From: an uncultured Bdellovibrionales bacterium
GTDB taxonomy: Bacteria; Patescibacteriota; Minisyncoccia; Moranbacterales; DUUL01
Reading direction: 5' to 3'
NCBI GenBank assembly: GCA_964643985.1
Contig: CAZXUS010000002.1
Coordinates: forward strand, 1 to 59,648
Length of the DNA stretch: 59,648 nt
The notes below the pieces were generated by a model. The model saw only the letters and a program-made list of their open reading frames with translations, had not been told where the DNA came from and ran no database searches. This document shows, piece by piece, positions 18,860 to 27,522 of this stretch (its first letter is position 1; every line of letters begins with the position of its first letter). The translations under genes and the position numbers were made by a program.

Positions 18860-19303
18860 ATGACAATACAAAAAATTTTGCTTGATTATGAACCGAAAAA
18901 GAAAAATATCTTGCCGGTTATTAAGGCTATTAATAAAAATTTAAGCTGGGTTTCCGAAGAAGCGATTGGAAAAATTGCTAGGTATTTTGATATTAGTGAA
19001 GCCCAAGTTTTCAGTACGGCTAGTTTTTATGATGAGATTAATATGGAAAAACCAGCTCTATTAACAGTGGAAATTTGTGATGGAGCTAATTGCCAAACGA
19101 AAAATACCGATAGAATCATTGAAGATGTTGAACGTTTTTTTACGATTAAAACTGATTATTTTAATCATCAAATTGATCTTAAAAAAATGAGTTGTGTTGG
19201 TCGATGTTTAGAGGGGCCAGTAATTAAGGTCAACGGAATTATTCACACAAGAATGACAACTGATAAAATAATCGGAATAATTCAAGATCATTTAGGATGT
19301 TAA
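18860..19303 (+). CDS. nuoE: NuoE/HydC-like [2Fe-2S] thioredoxin-like ferredoxin subunit
   Basis: Cys pattern CDGANC ... CVGRCLEGPV, typical of the NuoE 24-kDa family. Adjacent to the NuoF-like gene and HydA. Confidence 0.85.
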   Translation: MTIQKILLDYEPKKKNILPVIKAINKNLSWVSEEAIGKIARYFDISEAQVFSTASFYDEINMEKPALLTVEICDGANCQTKNTDRIIEDVERFFTIKTDYFNHQIDLKKMSCVGRCLEGPVIKVNGIIHTRMTTDKIIGIIQDHLGC

Positions 19304-19494
19304 TACCATTTCCAATTAACCACTTCCCACCCAAGTTTTGAAAATTTGAACTACCCGTCTCGCGTCGCTTGTCGAGGCGGACGACTTTGAAAAAAATATT
19401 AAATGTATCTATGGATACTAATTTAAAATTTTTTTCTTCGTCTCGTCTAAAATTTTCTGCAACTTAATGAGAATTGGTTAATTGAAAATAATAT
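19303..19494 (+). mobile_element. Family M palindromic MITE-like element, copy M2, filling the nuoE-nuoF intercistronic gap
   Basis: TIRs ATACCATTTCCAATTAACCA / TGGTTAATTGAAAATAATAT. Starts on the last base of the nuoE TAA and ends 3 nt before the nuoF ATG. Differs from 23530-23721 at only a handful of positions by eye. Confidence 0.7.
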
Positions 19495-19497
19495 AAA

Positions 19498-20715
19498 ATG
19501 AAAATTTTAACTAAAAATTGGATTGCAGGAAGAAGCTTGAATATTCAAGATTATTTTGAGGTGGGAGGTTATAAATCTTTAAAAAAGGTTTTAGGTAAGA
19601 TAAAACCAAGCGAGGTGATTGAAGAATTTAAAGTATCCAATTTGCAAGGACGAGGTGGGGCTGGTTTTCCAATTGGTTTAAAATGGGAAGCAGTCGCTAG
19701 TAAAAAAGAAAAACAGAAATATTTTATTTGCAATTTAGATGAATCGGAACCGGGCAATTTTAAAGACAAAAGTTTAGCCGAAAATAATCCTCATCAAATT
19801 TTAGAAGGAATGATTATTGGAGCTTATACAGTGGGTGCTAGTAAAGCCTTTCTTTATCTTAACGGAACTTTTGAAGAAGCCGGTCAAAAAATTGAGCAAG
19901 CCATTGAGAACTGTTATCAAAATAATTTATTGGGAAAAAATATTTTAGATTCTGATTTTAATTTAGAGCTGGAAATTTTTTATGGAGCCGGAGCCTATAT
20001 TTGTGGGGAAGAATCGGCTTTGATAAATTCACTAGAAGGTAAACGTGGAGAGCCGAGATTGAAACCTCCTTATCCCAGCGATTGCGGATTATTTGGAAAA
20101 CCAACGGTTGTAAATAATGCTGAAACTTTGGCAAATGTGGCTTGGATTATTGAAAACGGAGGACTGGCTTTTTCTCGGATTGGCAAACCTGATTCACCGG
20201 GGACAAAACTTTTTTCTATTGATGGTGCGATTAATCGACCGGGATTATATGAATTGACCATGGATAAAGCAGTCGAACAGATAATTGAAATTGTCGGAGG
20301 AATTAAGAATGGTTTTGAATTACAATTTGTTCAAGTTGGCGGAAGCTCAGGTCGAATTGTTCCAAAATTTTTATTAACTGAAATTCCCAGCTATTCTAAG
20401 AATGCGGAAATTCCGATTGGTTCTGGCTCGATTTTAGTGGCTTCAAATGTTGAAAATTTGAAGAAAATTTTGTTGAGCTGGATTAATTTTTTTCAACGGG
20501 AATCTTGTGGAAAATGCGTGCCTTGTCGAGAGGGAACTTTTAGGTTGAAGAGTATTTTAGAAAGGTTGGATAGTGGTGATTTTGATCAAAATGATCGTCA
20601 AGATTTATATAAATTGATTTGGGTTTTAGACAATACTACTTTTTGTCCGTTGGGAAAATTTTCGGTGGTAGCGTTGAAGGATGTTATTAAATACAAGATG
20701 CTGAAGGAATTATAA
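19498..20715 (+). CDS. nuoF: NuoF/HydB-like NADH-binding FMN/[4Fe-4S] subunit
   Basis: GRGGAGFPIGLKW (FMN/NADH site) and ESCGKCVPCREGT (N3 cluster). Confidence 0.92.
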   Translation: MKILTKNWIAGRSLNIQDYFEVGGYKSLKKVLGKIKPSEVIEEFKVSNLQGRGGAGFPIGLKWEAVASKKEKQKYFICNLDESEPGNFKDKSLAENNPHQILEGMIIGAYTVGASKAFLYLNGTFEEAGQKIEQAIENCYQNNLLGKNILDSDFNLELEIFYGAGAYICGEESALINSLEGKRGEPRLKPPYPSDCGLFGKPTVVNNAETLANVAWIIENGGLAFSRIGKPDSPGTKLFSIDGAINRPGLYELTMDKAVEQIIEIVGGIKNGFELQFVQVGGSSGRIVPKFLLTEIPSYSKNAEIPIGSGSILVASNVENLKKILLSWINFFQRESCGKCVPCREGTFRLKSILERLDSGDFDQNDRQDLYKLIWVLDNTTFCPLGKFSVVALKDVIKYKMLKEL

Positions 20716-20815
20716 AATCTGGCGCACTTCTTTGTCAAAGCCTCCGCTACTCACTTCACATATCATTCAATATGCTCCGTTGCGTTGCTCGGCTTTTCCT
20801 TGAATTACGCTCATA
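20716..20815 (+). repeat. Family B gene-3-prime palindromic element, copy B1
   Basis: AATCTGGCGCACTTCTTTGTCAAAGCCTCCGCTACTCAC...CATATCATTCAATATG...GTTGCTCGGCTTTTCCTTGAATTACGCTCAT. Starts immediately after the nuoF stop. Related copies at 24364, 24955, 36884, 38150, 42995 and 58460. Confidence 0.65.
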
Positions 20816-20961
20816 TTTTAAAATTCTATAATCATACAAAATCGAATGAAAGGATGGAAAAGAAAATGGAAATTAAGAATTATTGAAGAATTTAATCCAA
20901 AGTGGGAAGATTTGTATAATATTTAACTGGAGCCCTGTTTTCACAGGGACGAAAAAATCGA

Positions 20962-22758
20962 ATGGAAATAAAAATAGATAGTAAAACTTATCAAGCGAAA
21001 AAGGATCAAACAATTTTAGATGTTTGTCGGGAGAATAAAATTTTTATTCCGACTTTGTGTCAGCACGATGATCTGGGAGTGTCAGAGGGAGTTTGTCGAA
21101 TGTGTTTAGTTAAAACCAATAAACATCGGGGACTGGTCACATCTTGTCAAACTAAAGTTGAAGCTGGGTTGGAAGTTATTACGGAAGATTTTGATATTGA
21201 AAGAGCTCGGCGCTATAATTTGGAATTACTTTGGGCGGATCATGCCGGAAAGTGTGGTTCTTGCGTTTCTAATGGCAATTGTGAATTGCAATCTTTGGCA
21301 ATGAAATTGGGAATTGATGTGGATGATTTTATTCCAAATAATAAAGATTTTTCCAAAGAAGAGCAATTAAAACTTCTTAAAAATAGTTTAAAAAATCGAG
21401 TGGTTGATGATAAAAATCCCTCTATTTATCGGGATAATCAATATTGCATTGAGTGTGGGCGTTGTATAAAGGCTTGCCAATTAATTCAAACTATTGATTC
21501 GTATGGGACTAATTATCGAAATATCAAAACTAACGTGGGGACACCAGGCGAAATTCCTTTGGATTGTATTTATTGTGGTCAATGTGTGGTGCATTGTCCA
21601 ACGGCGGCTATTACGGAAAAAGATAACGTTGAAGAGTTAAATCAAATTTTGTTGGATAGCCAAAAAATCAAAATTTTTCAGATTGCCCCTTCAGTTCGTT
21701 TTACTATTGGAGAAGCTTTCGGTTTGGAGCCAGGAACTTTGGTGGAAGGGAAGATAATAACGGCTTTAAGAAAGTTGGGAGCGGATTTGGTTTTTGATAC
21801 AACCTTTGCGGCGGATTTGACTATTGTGGAAGAAGCTAATGAACTAACGAATAAAATTAGAGAAAAATTAGCGGGAAAAAAAGTTAGTTTTCCAATATTT
21901 ACTAGTTGTTGCTCCTCTTGGGTGTTGTATGTTGAAAAATATTATCCAGAATTAATTCCAAATTTATCAAGTTGTCGTTCTCCTCAGGGAATGTTGAGTT
22001 CGATAATTAAAACCTATTTTGCTAATAAAAAGAAAATTTTACCAGAAAATATTGTTAATATTTCAGTGATGCCTTGCACCGCAAAAAAATATGAAGCTCA
22101 AAGAGGTGAGCTTGGTAACGGTCAAAATTTAGATACTGATTTTGTTATTACTGCCAATGAGTTTATCCGAATGGTCAAGCAGAAAGGAATTGATTTCGTT
22201 AACTTGAAAGATGGAAAATTTAATAAAACTTTGGGAATGTCTTCCGGGGCAGGAGTGATTTTTGGTTCAACCGGAGGGGTGATGGAAGCGGCACTAAGAA
22301 CGGCTTATGAGCAAATAACTTGTGAGGAATTAGGGATTTTGGATTTTAAGCAAATTCGAGGAAATAAAGGTATTCGAGAAAGTGAAATTACAATTCCTAA
22401 GTCCAGGTGTTTGGCTCAAGAAGTTAAAATAAAAGTAGCAGTAGCTCATGAAATTCGGTATGCTAAGAAAATCGTGGAAGCGGTTTTGGCGGGAGAATGT
22501 CATTATGATTTTGTGGAAATTATGGCCTGTCCGAGTGGTTGTTTGGGTGGTGGTGGTCAGCCTTATCCGGTTAATGAAAAAATTAGAACTCAAAGGCGAA
22601 AAGCAATTTATGATCGAGATAAAAATTCGCCAATCAGAAAATCTCATGAAAATCCAGAGGTTCAAAAATTGTATGATGATTTTTTGAAAGAACCTGGCAG
22701 TCATTTATCAGAAAAACTTCTTCATACTTTTTATACTAATCGTAAAAGAAAATATTAA
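20962..22758 (+). CDS. hydA: [FeFe]-hydrogenase catalytic subunit HydA (NuoG-like N-terminus plus H-cluster domain)
   Basis: N-terminal [2Fe-2S] and HxxxCxxCxxxxxC clusters, two CxxCxxCxxxCP ferredoxin motifs. H-cluster motifs FTSCCSSW, MPCTAKKYEA, MACPSGCLGGGGQP. Confidence 0.93.
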   Translation: MEIKIDSKTYQAKKDQTILDVCRENKIFIPTLCQHDDLGVSEGVCRMCLVKTNKHRGLVTSCQTKVEAGLEVITEDFDIERARRYNLELLWADHAGKCGSCVSNGNCELQSLAMKLGIDVDDFIPNNKDFSKEEQLKLLKNSLKNRVVDDKNPSIYRDNQYCIECGRCIKACQLIQTIDSYGTNYRNIKTNVGTPGEIPLDCIYCGQCVVHCPTAAITEKDNVEELNQILLDSQKIKIFQIAPSVRFTIGEAFGLEPGTLVEGKIITALRKLGADLVFDTTFAADLTIVEEANELTNKIREKLAGKKVSFPIFTSCCSSWVLYVEKYYPELIPNLSSCRSPQGMLSSIIKTYFANKKKILPENIVNISVMPCTAKKYEAQRGELGNGQNLDTDFVITANEFIRMVKQKGIDFVNLKDGKFNKTLGMSSGAGVIFGSTGGVMEAALRTAYEQITCEELGILDFKQIRGNKGIRESEITIPKSRCLAQEVKIKVAVAHEIRYAKKIVEAVLAGECHYDFVEIMACPSGCLGGGGQPYPVNEKIRTQRRKAIYDRDKNSPIRKSHENPEVQKLYDDFLKEPGSHLSEKLLHTFYTNRKRKY

Positions 22759-22770
22759 TTTATATAAATT

Positions 22771-23475
22771 ATGTTAGAAATTTTTAAGGACGTTCCAGGC
22801 GTTCAGGTTTTTATGTCAGAAAAAAAAGCTGGCAATTTGAAATTATTGGCGCCTAATTTTGAAGAAAATCGAAAAAAATATTTTGATAAAAATAATTTAA
22901 ATTATGAAAAATTAGTTTCCGCTAAACTTGAGCACGGTAATAATATTCAAATTATTATTGATAATCAAAAAAAATTTGTTGATTATACTGATGGACTTTT
23001 AACTAATAACTTTGAAATTATTTTGAGTGTGACGGTGGCTGATTGTTTGCCAATTTTCGTGTTTGACCCAGTTCAGAAAGTGGTGGGGGTTTTGCATTGT
23101 GGTTGGAGGGGCGTGGCTGGCGGAATTATTGAAAAAGCTTCCCAGAAAATGGAGAAAAACTTTGGAAGCGATTTGAAAAATGTTTTAGTTGGAATTGGAC
23201 CAGGAATCCAAAGTTGTCATTTTGAAGTTGAGAATGATTTACTGGAAAATTTTAAGGGTTATGAAAAATTTAGTAGAGAAAAAAATAATAAAAAATATTT
23301 AGATTTAAAGGGAATTGTCAGAGCGAAACTTATCTCTAATGGGATCGAAATTGAAAATATTGAAATTGATAAGCGTTGTACTTTTTGTCAGTCAGAATTG
23401 TGGTCCTATCGACGAGATGGAGAAGATTCGTTCGGGGTTCAAGCGATGATGGCTGGAATCAAATTGATTGATTAG
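22771..23475 (+). CDS. pgeF: Peptidoglycan editing factor PgeF / YfiH (DUF152, laccase-domain) family protein
   Basis: Conserved VADCLPIF and HCGWRG blocks plus a C-terminal CT.C motif. Confidence 0.85.
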   Translation: MLEIFKDVPGVQVFMSEKKAGNLKLLAPNFEENRKKYFDKNNLNYEKLVSAKLEHGNNIQIIIDNQKKFVDYTDGLLTNNFEIILSVTVADCLPIFVFDPVQKVVGVLHCGWRGVAGGIIEKASQKMEKNFGSDLKNVLVGIGPGIQSCHFEVENDLLENFKGYEKFSREKNNKKYLDLKGIVRAKLISNGIEIENIEIDKRCTFCQSELWSYRRDGEDSFGVQAMMAGIKLID

Positions 23476-23529
23476 ATTTTTTGGGGAGATGGAAGTTTCA
23501 TTAAAAATAAACTAAAAAAACCGTTCTGA

Positions 23530-23721
23530 ATACCATCTTCAATCAACCACTACTCATCCAAGTTTTGAAAATTTGGACTACCCGTCTCGCGTCGCTTGCC
23601 GAGGCGGACAACTTTGAAAAAAATATTAAATGTATCTACAGATACTAATTCAAGATTTTTTTCTTCGTTTCGTCTAAAATTTTCTGTAACTTAATGAGTA
23701 TTGGTTGATTAAAAATGGTAT
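23530..23721 (+). mobile_element. Family M palindromic MITE-like element, copy M3
   Basis: TIRs ATACCATCTTCAATCAACCA / TGGTTGATTAAAAATGGTAT, with an internal CCCGTCTCGCGTCGCTTGCCGAGGCGGAC hairpin (23581-23609). Lies between convergent pgeF and efp. Confidence 0.7.
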
Positions 23722-23756
23722 AAAAGCGGTTTTATTGTCTTAGGATAATTTGAAAA

Positions 23757-24320
23757 TTAGCCATTGAATTTTCCAGCGTATTCTTTGGTTTCAGTGTTGA
23801 CCTGGATAATATCTCCAGTTTTGATGAATAAGGGGGTATTTATTTTAGTTCCAGTCTCAATTGTCACTTGTTTACTTCCTCCGTCAGCAGTGTTTCCTTT
23901 GACTCCTGGTGGAGACTCTATGACTTCGAAGGCCATTTTAATGGGCAAGTTGATATTAATGGGTTGGTCTTTGAAGTAGAAAACATCCACGTCTGAGCCG
24001 TCTTTGAGGAATTCGATGGAATCACTGAGAACTTCTTCGCTTAATTCAAATTGTTCGTAGTTTTCGCTATCCATAAAATAATAAATCTTTTTTTCGCTAT
24101 AAAGAAATTGAGCTTTGCGATTTTCTATTTCTAGCGGTTCAATTTTGTCTGATCCTTGAAAAGTTTTGTTAATTACTGCACCTGTTATTAGATTTTTAAG
24201 TTTGGTCCTCAAAACTGCGCCGGCTCGTCCGGTTTTGGAATGTTGCTCGTAAATTACTTCGAAAGGTTCGTTTTGGTAAACAATCTTGGAACCTTTCTTA
24301 ATCCCCGTAATACCAATCAT
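23757..24320 (-). CDS. efp: Elongation factor P
   Basis: 187 aa. N-terminal KKGSKIVYQNEPFEV...KTGRAGAVLRTKLKNL and three-domain length typical of EF-P. Confidence 0.93.
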   Translation of the reverse strand: MIGITGIKKGSKIVYQNEPFEVIYEQHSKTGRAGAVLRTKLKNLITGAVINKTFQGSDKIEPLEIENRKAQFLYSEKKIYYFMDSENYEQFELSEEVLSDSIEFLKDGSDVDVFYFKDQPININLPIKMAFEVIESPPGVKGNTADGGSKQVTIETGTKINTPLFIKTGDIIQVNTETKEYAGKFNG

Positions 24321-24363
24321 TTGCGTGGCTAAAACATTAAAATAAATTAAAATCTTTAAAAAT

Positions 24364-24452
24364 TAGGTGTTTGAGCTCAATTTGAGGCAAAATCGAGCAT
24401 TGAGTGAGACGTATTGAGTCGATACGTCGAACGAAAAGCGGAGATAGGAATT
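24364..24452 (-). repeat. Family B element, copy B2 (5-prime truncated)
   Basis: The reverse complement carries CTCCGCT...GACGTATCGACTCAATACGTC...GCTCGATTTTGCCTCAAATTGAGCTCA, collinear with B1. Lies between rpsR and efp, co-oriented with them. Confidence 0.5.
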
Positions 24453-24638
24453 AATCTTAAATACAATTTTGTTATGAAATTTATCATTTTTAGAATAAAT
24501 TTTTCAAATAATTTTTGAAGCACTGACTATAGTCAATGTGATAAAATTTTTGGAAAATTTAACTAAAAATGAAAAATTGCAATAGAAAGGGTATTTGAGA
24601 TTAGTTCCAAACGAAAAAGTGAGCCAAACAAGTAATTT

Positions 24639-24863
24639 TTACTTGGCGACGAATGGTAGGAGTCCAATAATTCGGGCTCTTTTAATGGCTTGAGATACCA
24701 TTCTTTGATGTTTAGAGCAATTTCCAGATTTTTTTCGGGGAGCAATTTTACCAACGGTGTTGATATATTTTCGTAGTAAAATTACATTTTTATAATCAAT
24801 AGTTTTAATGTCATTTGAACAGAAATAACAAACTTTTTGACTATCAGTTTTCATTGTTTTCAT
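24639..24863 (-). CDS. rpsR: 30S ribosomal protein S18
   Basis: CYFC...IDYKNV.LLRKYI...GKI.PRK.SG.C.KHQR....AIKRAR..GLLPF signature. Confidence 0.93.
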   Translation of the reverse strand: MKTMKTDSQKVCYFCSNDIKTIDYKNVILLRKYINTVGKIAPRKKSGNCSKHQRMVSQAIKRARIIGLLPFVAK

Positions 24864-24954
24864 ATAGGTAATAAATAATAAATTAAATTAAATAATTTTA
24901 AAATAAATTTTTAAAATTATTTTTAATAAGCAATATAGTTGAACATTGGAATTT

Positions 24955-25058
24955 TTAGTTTTGATGACAATTCGAGGCGAAATCGAGCAACAGAGTGAAA
25001 TGTATTGAATGATACATGGAACGAGTCGCGCAGGTTTCAACGAAGAAGTGTCTCAAAA
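24955..25058 (-). repeat. Family B element, copy B3, between ssb and rpsR
   Basis: The reverse complement reads GAGACACTTCTTCGTTGAAACC...ATGTATCATTCAATACAT...GTTGCTCGATTTCGCCTCGAATTGTCATCAAA. Starts about 15 nt after the ssb stop. Confidence 0.6.
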
Positions 25059-25071
25059 ATAAAAGTTTTGA

Positions 25072-25587
25072 CTAAAACGGGATGTCTTCGATCTTAATGT
25101 CATCCTTATCCTCATCCACATTAATAGTTGGAATTTCTTCTGCAGCCGGAACATTAATATTTTGTTGCGGTTGCTGAGGAGCTTGATTATTTTGGGGAGT
25201 AGCTGGTTGTTGGAAATTATTATTACTATTACTATTTCCACCTATAGCTTGTCCTTTAGAGTCAAGCATAATCATATTTTCAAGATTGATTTCAGTTCGA
25301 TATTTTTTTTCTCCAGTTTTGGCATCGTCCCAAGATTGAGTTTGAAGTCGTCCTTCAACATAAATTTTGGAACCTTTCTTTAGATACTGAGAACAAATTT
25401 CAGCGACTTTTCCCCAGGCGACAATGTTGTGAAACTGAACATCTTCTTGTTGCTGACCAGTAGCTTTGTTATTCCACTTTCGATTAGTGGCAATACTGAA
25501 AGATGTGACATTTTGACCGGTTTGAGTTGATCTCATTTGAGGGTCATTAGTCAAACGACCAATAATCATAGCTTTGTTCAAATCCAT
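25072..25587 (-). CDS. ssb: Single-stranded DNA-binding protein
   Basis: OB-fold N-terminus MDLNKAMIIGRLTNDPQMR, Gln/Pro/Asn-rich linker, acidic tip ending DIPF. Confidence 0.93.
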   Translation of the reverse strand: MDLNKAMIIGRLTNDPQMRSTQTGQNVTSFSIATNRKWNNKATGQQQEDVQFHNIVAWGKVAEICSQYLKKGSKIYVEGRLQTQSWDDAKTGEKKYRTEINLENMIMLDSKGQAIGGNSNSNNNFQQPATPQNNQAPQQPQQNINVPAAEEIPTINVDEDKDDIKIEDIPF

Positions 25588-25615
25588 AGCTTTGTTTTAT
25601 TTTTTAAAATTTTAT

Positions 25616-26362
25616 CTAGCTGTTTAAGATTTCATCTAACTTTTTGTCTAGTTCGTCTAAAGAAACTTCTTCTTTTTTGGTTTCAGCATCAGACTTTTCC
25701 TCTTCTTTAATCTCTTCAGTCGGTTTTTCTTCTTTAATTTTTTTGGCTGGTTTTTCTTCTTTTTCAACCTTAGCCTTTTTGGCTGGTTTTTTCTTAGCGA
25801 CTTTTTTCTCAACCTTTTCTTTCGTTTCTTCTTTTCCCTCTTCTTTAATCTCTACTTCTTTTTCTTCTTTAATTTCTTCAATAGATTCTTCTTTCTTTTC
25901 AACCTTGGCTGGTTTTTCTTCTTTTTTATCAACAATTTTCTTTTTTTCGGTTTCGGCTTTCTCTTTATCAGCCTTTTTTTGTTCAGTTAAAATCTTTTCA
26001 ACATCTTCAGATTTGATTGATTTTTTGTCGCCTTGAACTTTTTCTTGTTCTTTAACGTCTTGCTCTTTTAGAGAAGGAAGTTTGTCAGCTTGAACAATGA
26101 TATAACGAGCGATGTCAGCTCTTTGGTTGAGTTTGATTTTTAGCTCATCTAGATTTTTAGCTTTTTTGAATTCAAATCTGAGTACTGTAAAGAAGCCATA
26201 ATTTTCGTGTTGGATTTCATAAGCCAATTTTCTTTTTAAATATTCTTTTTCCTCAATAACTTTTGCTCCAAAAGTTTCAATAAACTCTTTTGACTCTTTT
26301 CGGATTTTTTCTAATTCAGCCGTCTTAGACTGTAAAACTAGAAAATTGATTTCATAAATCAT
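25616..26362 (-). CDS. rpsF: 30S ribosomal protein S6 with a long Lys/Glu-rich C-terminal extension
   Basis: N-terminal ~95 aa match S6 (YEINFLV...KRKLAYEI...GFFTVLRFE). The remaining ~150 aa are KE-rich low complexity. Classical rpsF-ssb-rpsR order. Confidence 0.9.
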   Translation of the reverse strand: MIYEINFLVLQSKTAELEKIRKESKEFIETFGAKVIEEKEYLKRKLAYEIQHENYGFFTVLRFEFKKAKNLDELKIKLNQRADIARYIIVQADKLPSLKEQDVKEQEKVQGDKKSIKSEDVEKILTEQKKADKEKAETEKKKIVDKKEEKPAKVEKKEESIEEIKEEKEVEIKEEGKEETKEKVEKKVAKKKPAKKAKVEKEEKPAKKIKEEKPTEEIKEEEKSDAETKKEEVSLDELDKKLDEILNS

Positions 26363-26588
26363 AACGATTCAATTTAATTAATTATATTATAACACTTAAA
26401 AACATTTATACATAATTCCAAAATGAATACCACCCAAGGATTTGCAAGCGCAAAACCACTCAAGTGGAAGGCGATTTCATTAGTCTCTCTGTAAATACAG
26501 ATGAGCGATGAAACCTAATGGGACGTTTAATATAGATATAAGAATAGCCTTTCCCCTGCCATTTGTCAAAGATTGTCAAGGGATTCTA

Positions 26589-26617
26589 TTGACAAAAACA
26601 TAAAACTATGCTATGAT
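26589..26617 (+). promoter_or_regulatory. Sigma70-like promoter candidate overlapped by an inverted repeat
   Basis: TTGACA, 17-nt spacer, TATGAT. TTTGTCAA (26561-26568) and TTGACAAA (26589-26596) form an 8-bp inverted repeat across the -35 region. Confidence 0.4.
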
Positions 26618-26688
26618 TAAACTTCAAATGAAATAGGAGTCAGTTCTTTTAAATCTAATTTTCATTTTATTTTTTTAAGTTTGAGATG

Positions 26689-26738
26689 TTGTTGTCTTTT
26701 AGTTAATCAGCATCAAATGGTTGATTAAAAGACAACAA
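26689..26738 (+). promoter_or_regulatory. Long hairpin in the putative leader upstream of ORF 26897-27271
   Basis: TTGTTGTCTTTTAGTTAATCA pairs with TGATTAAAAGACAACAA (about 17 bp with a small bulge), followed by a T-rich tract. Confidence 0.4.
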
Positions 26739-26896
26739 TGTCAATAATTTTAATTTTCTTTTTTCAACAAAGAAAATACCTGGATAAATGCGTGAATTTA
26801 CCCGCACCAAGTAAAAGTCAATGAGGTTTTAGGTTAGCAGTTAACGCTGTTAATACTAAAACAAACTGGGCAGTTGGAAAAAGAGAAGGAGAAAAA

Positions 26897-27271
26897 ATGA
26901 TCAAATTTGAGAGAAGAGAAAAAAACGGCAAGGAAGAAGTCATTTTTTTAAGTTCCCCCATCGGAGAACTTAGACTAAAAAAAATAGAGGTTGGTGAGTG
27001 CGACACTGATTCCGATGGGTTCCTCTTTGTCCCTGGGGTAAAGGGCAAAATCTGGATACCCTCCTGCTATTATGGCAGGAGTTATGCAGAGAGAGTGCTT
27101 AGCGCTCTCAATCTCATTCCGTCTCAGGAGTACCGAGACGAGGAAGACCCAAAATTAAACTTTGTCGTAACGGATCGTTACGATAAAGAAAGGAGGACTT
27201 TTTCAAAAAGATTCAGTCCTGTCGGACGAGTCGAAGAACTTCGGGAGGATTACGGAGATGATGTTTTCTAG
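26897..27271 (+). CDS. Orphan hypothetical protein (visibly higher GC than surroundings)
   Basis: 124-aa ORF with a strong SD (GAGAAGGAGAAAAAATG). No family recognised. Hairpin AACAGATTT-N11-AAATCTGTT follows downstream. Confidence 0.55.
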   Translation: MIKFERREKNGKEEVIFLSSPIGELRLKKIEVGECDTDSDGFLFVPGVKGKIWIPSCYYGRSYAERVLSALNLIPSQEYRDEEDPKLNFVVTDRYDKERRTFSKRFSPVGRVEELREDYGDDVF

Positions 27272-27494
27272 AGAATAAAAGGCGAAAACAGATTTGCCTA
27301 TAATAAAAATCTGTTAATTGAATAAATTTTTTGTGGGGTTTGGATAAATATTATTCGAACTCCCTACCATTGAGATCTTAATAAGATTTTATTGAAGTTT
27401 CATAGTAGTTTTAAACAATTTTGCACCCAAAGGGCATTGTAAATTTTGAATTTTAAATTTCGAATGAATTTCTAATGTTTTAATTTTAAAGTTT

Positions 27495-27522
27495 CTGGAT
27501 TCCCGCCTCCGCGGGAATGACA
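27495..27522. repeat. Family R GC-rich palindrome (CTGGATTCCCGCCTCCGCGGGAATGACA), copy R1
   Basis: Same unit at 43242-43269 and 56836-56863. Half-site AGCGGGAATGACAAAGG at 27567-27583. Confidence 0.7.
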
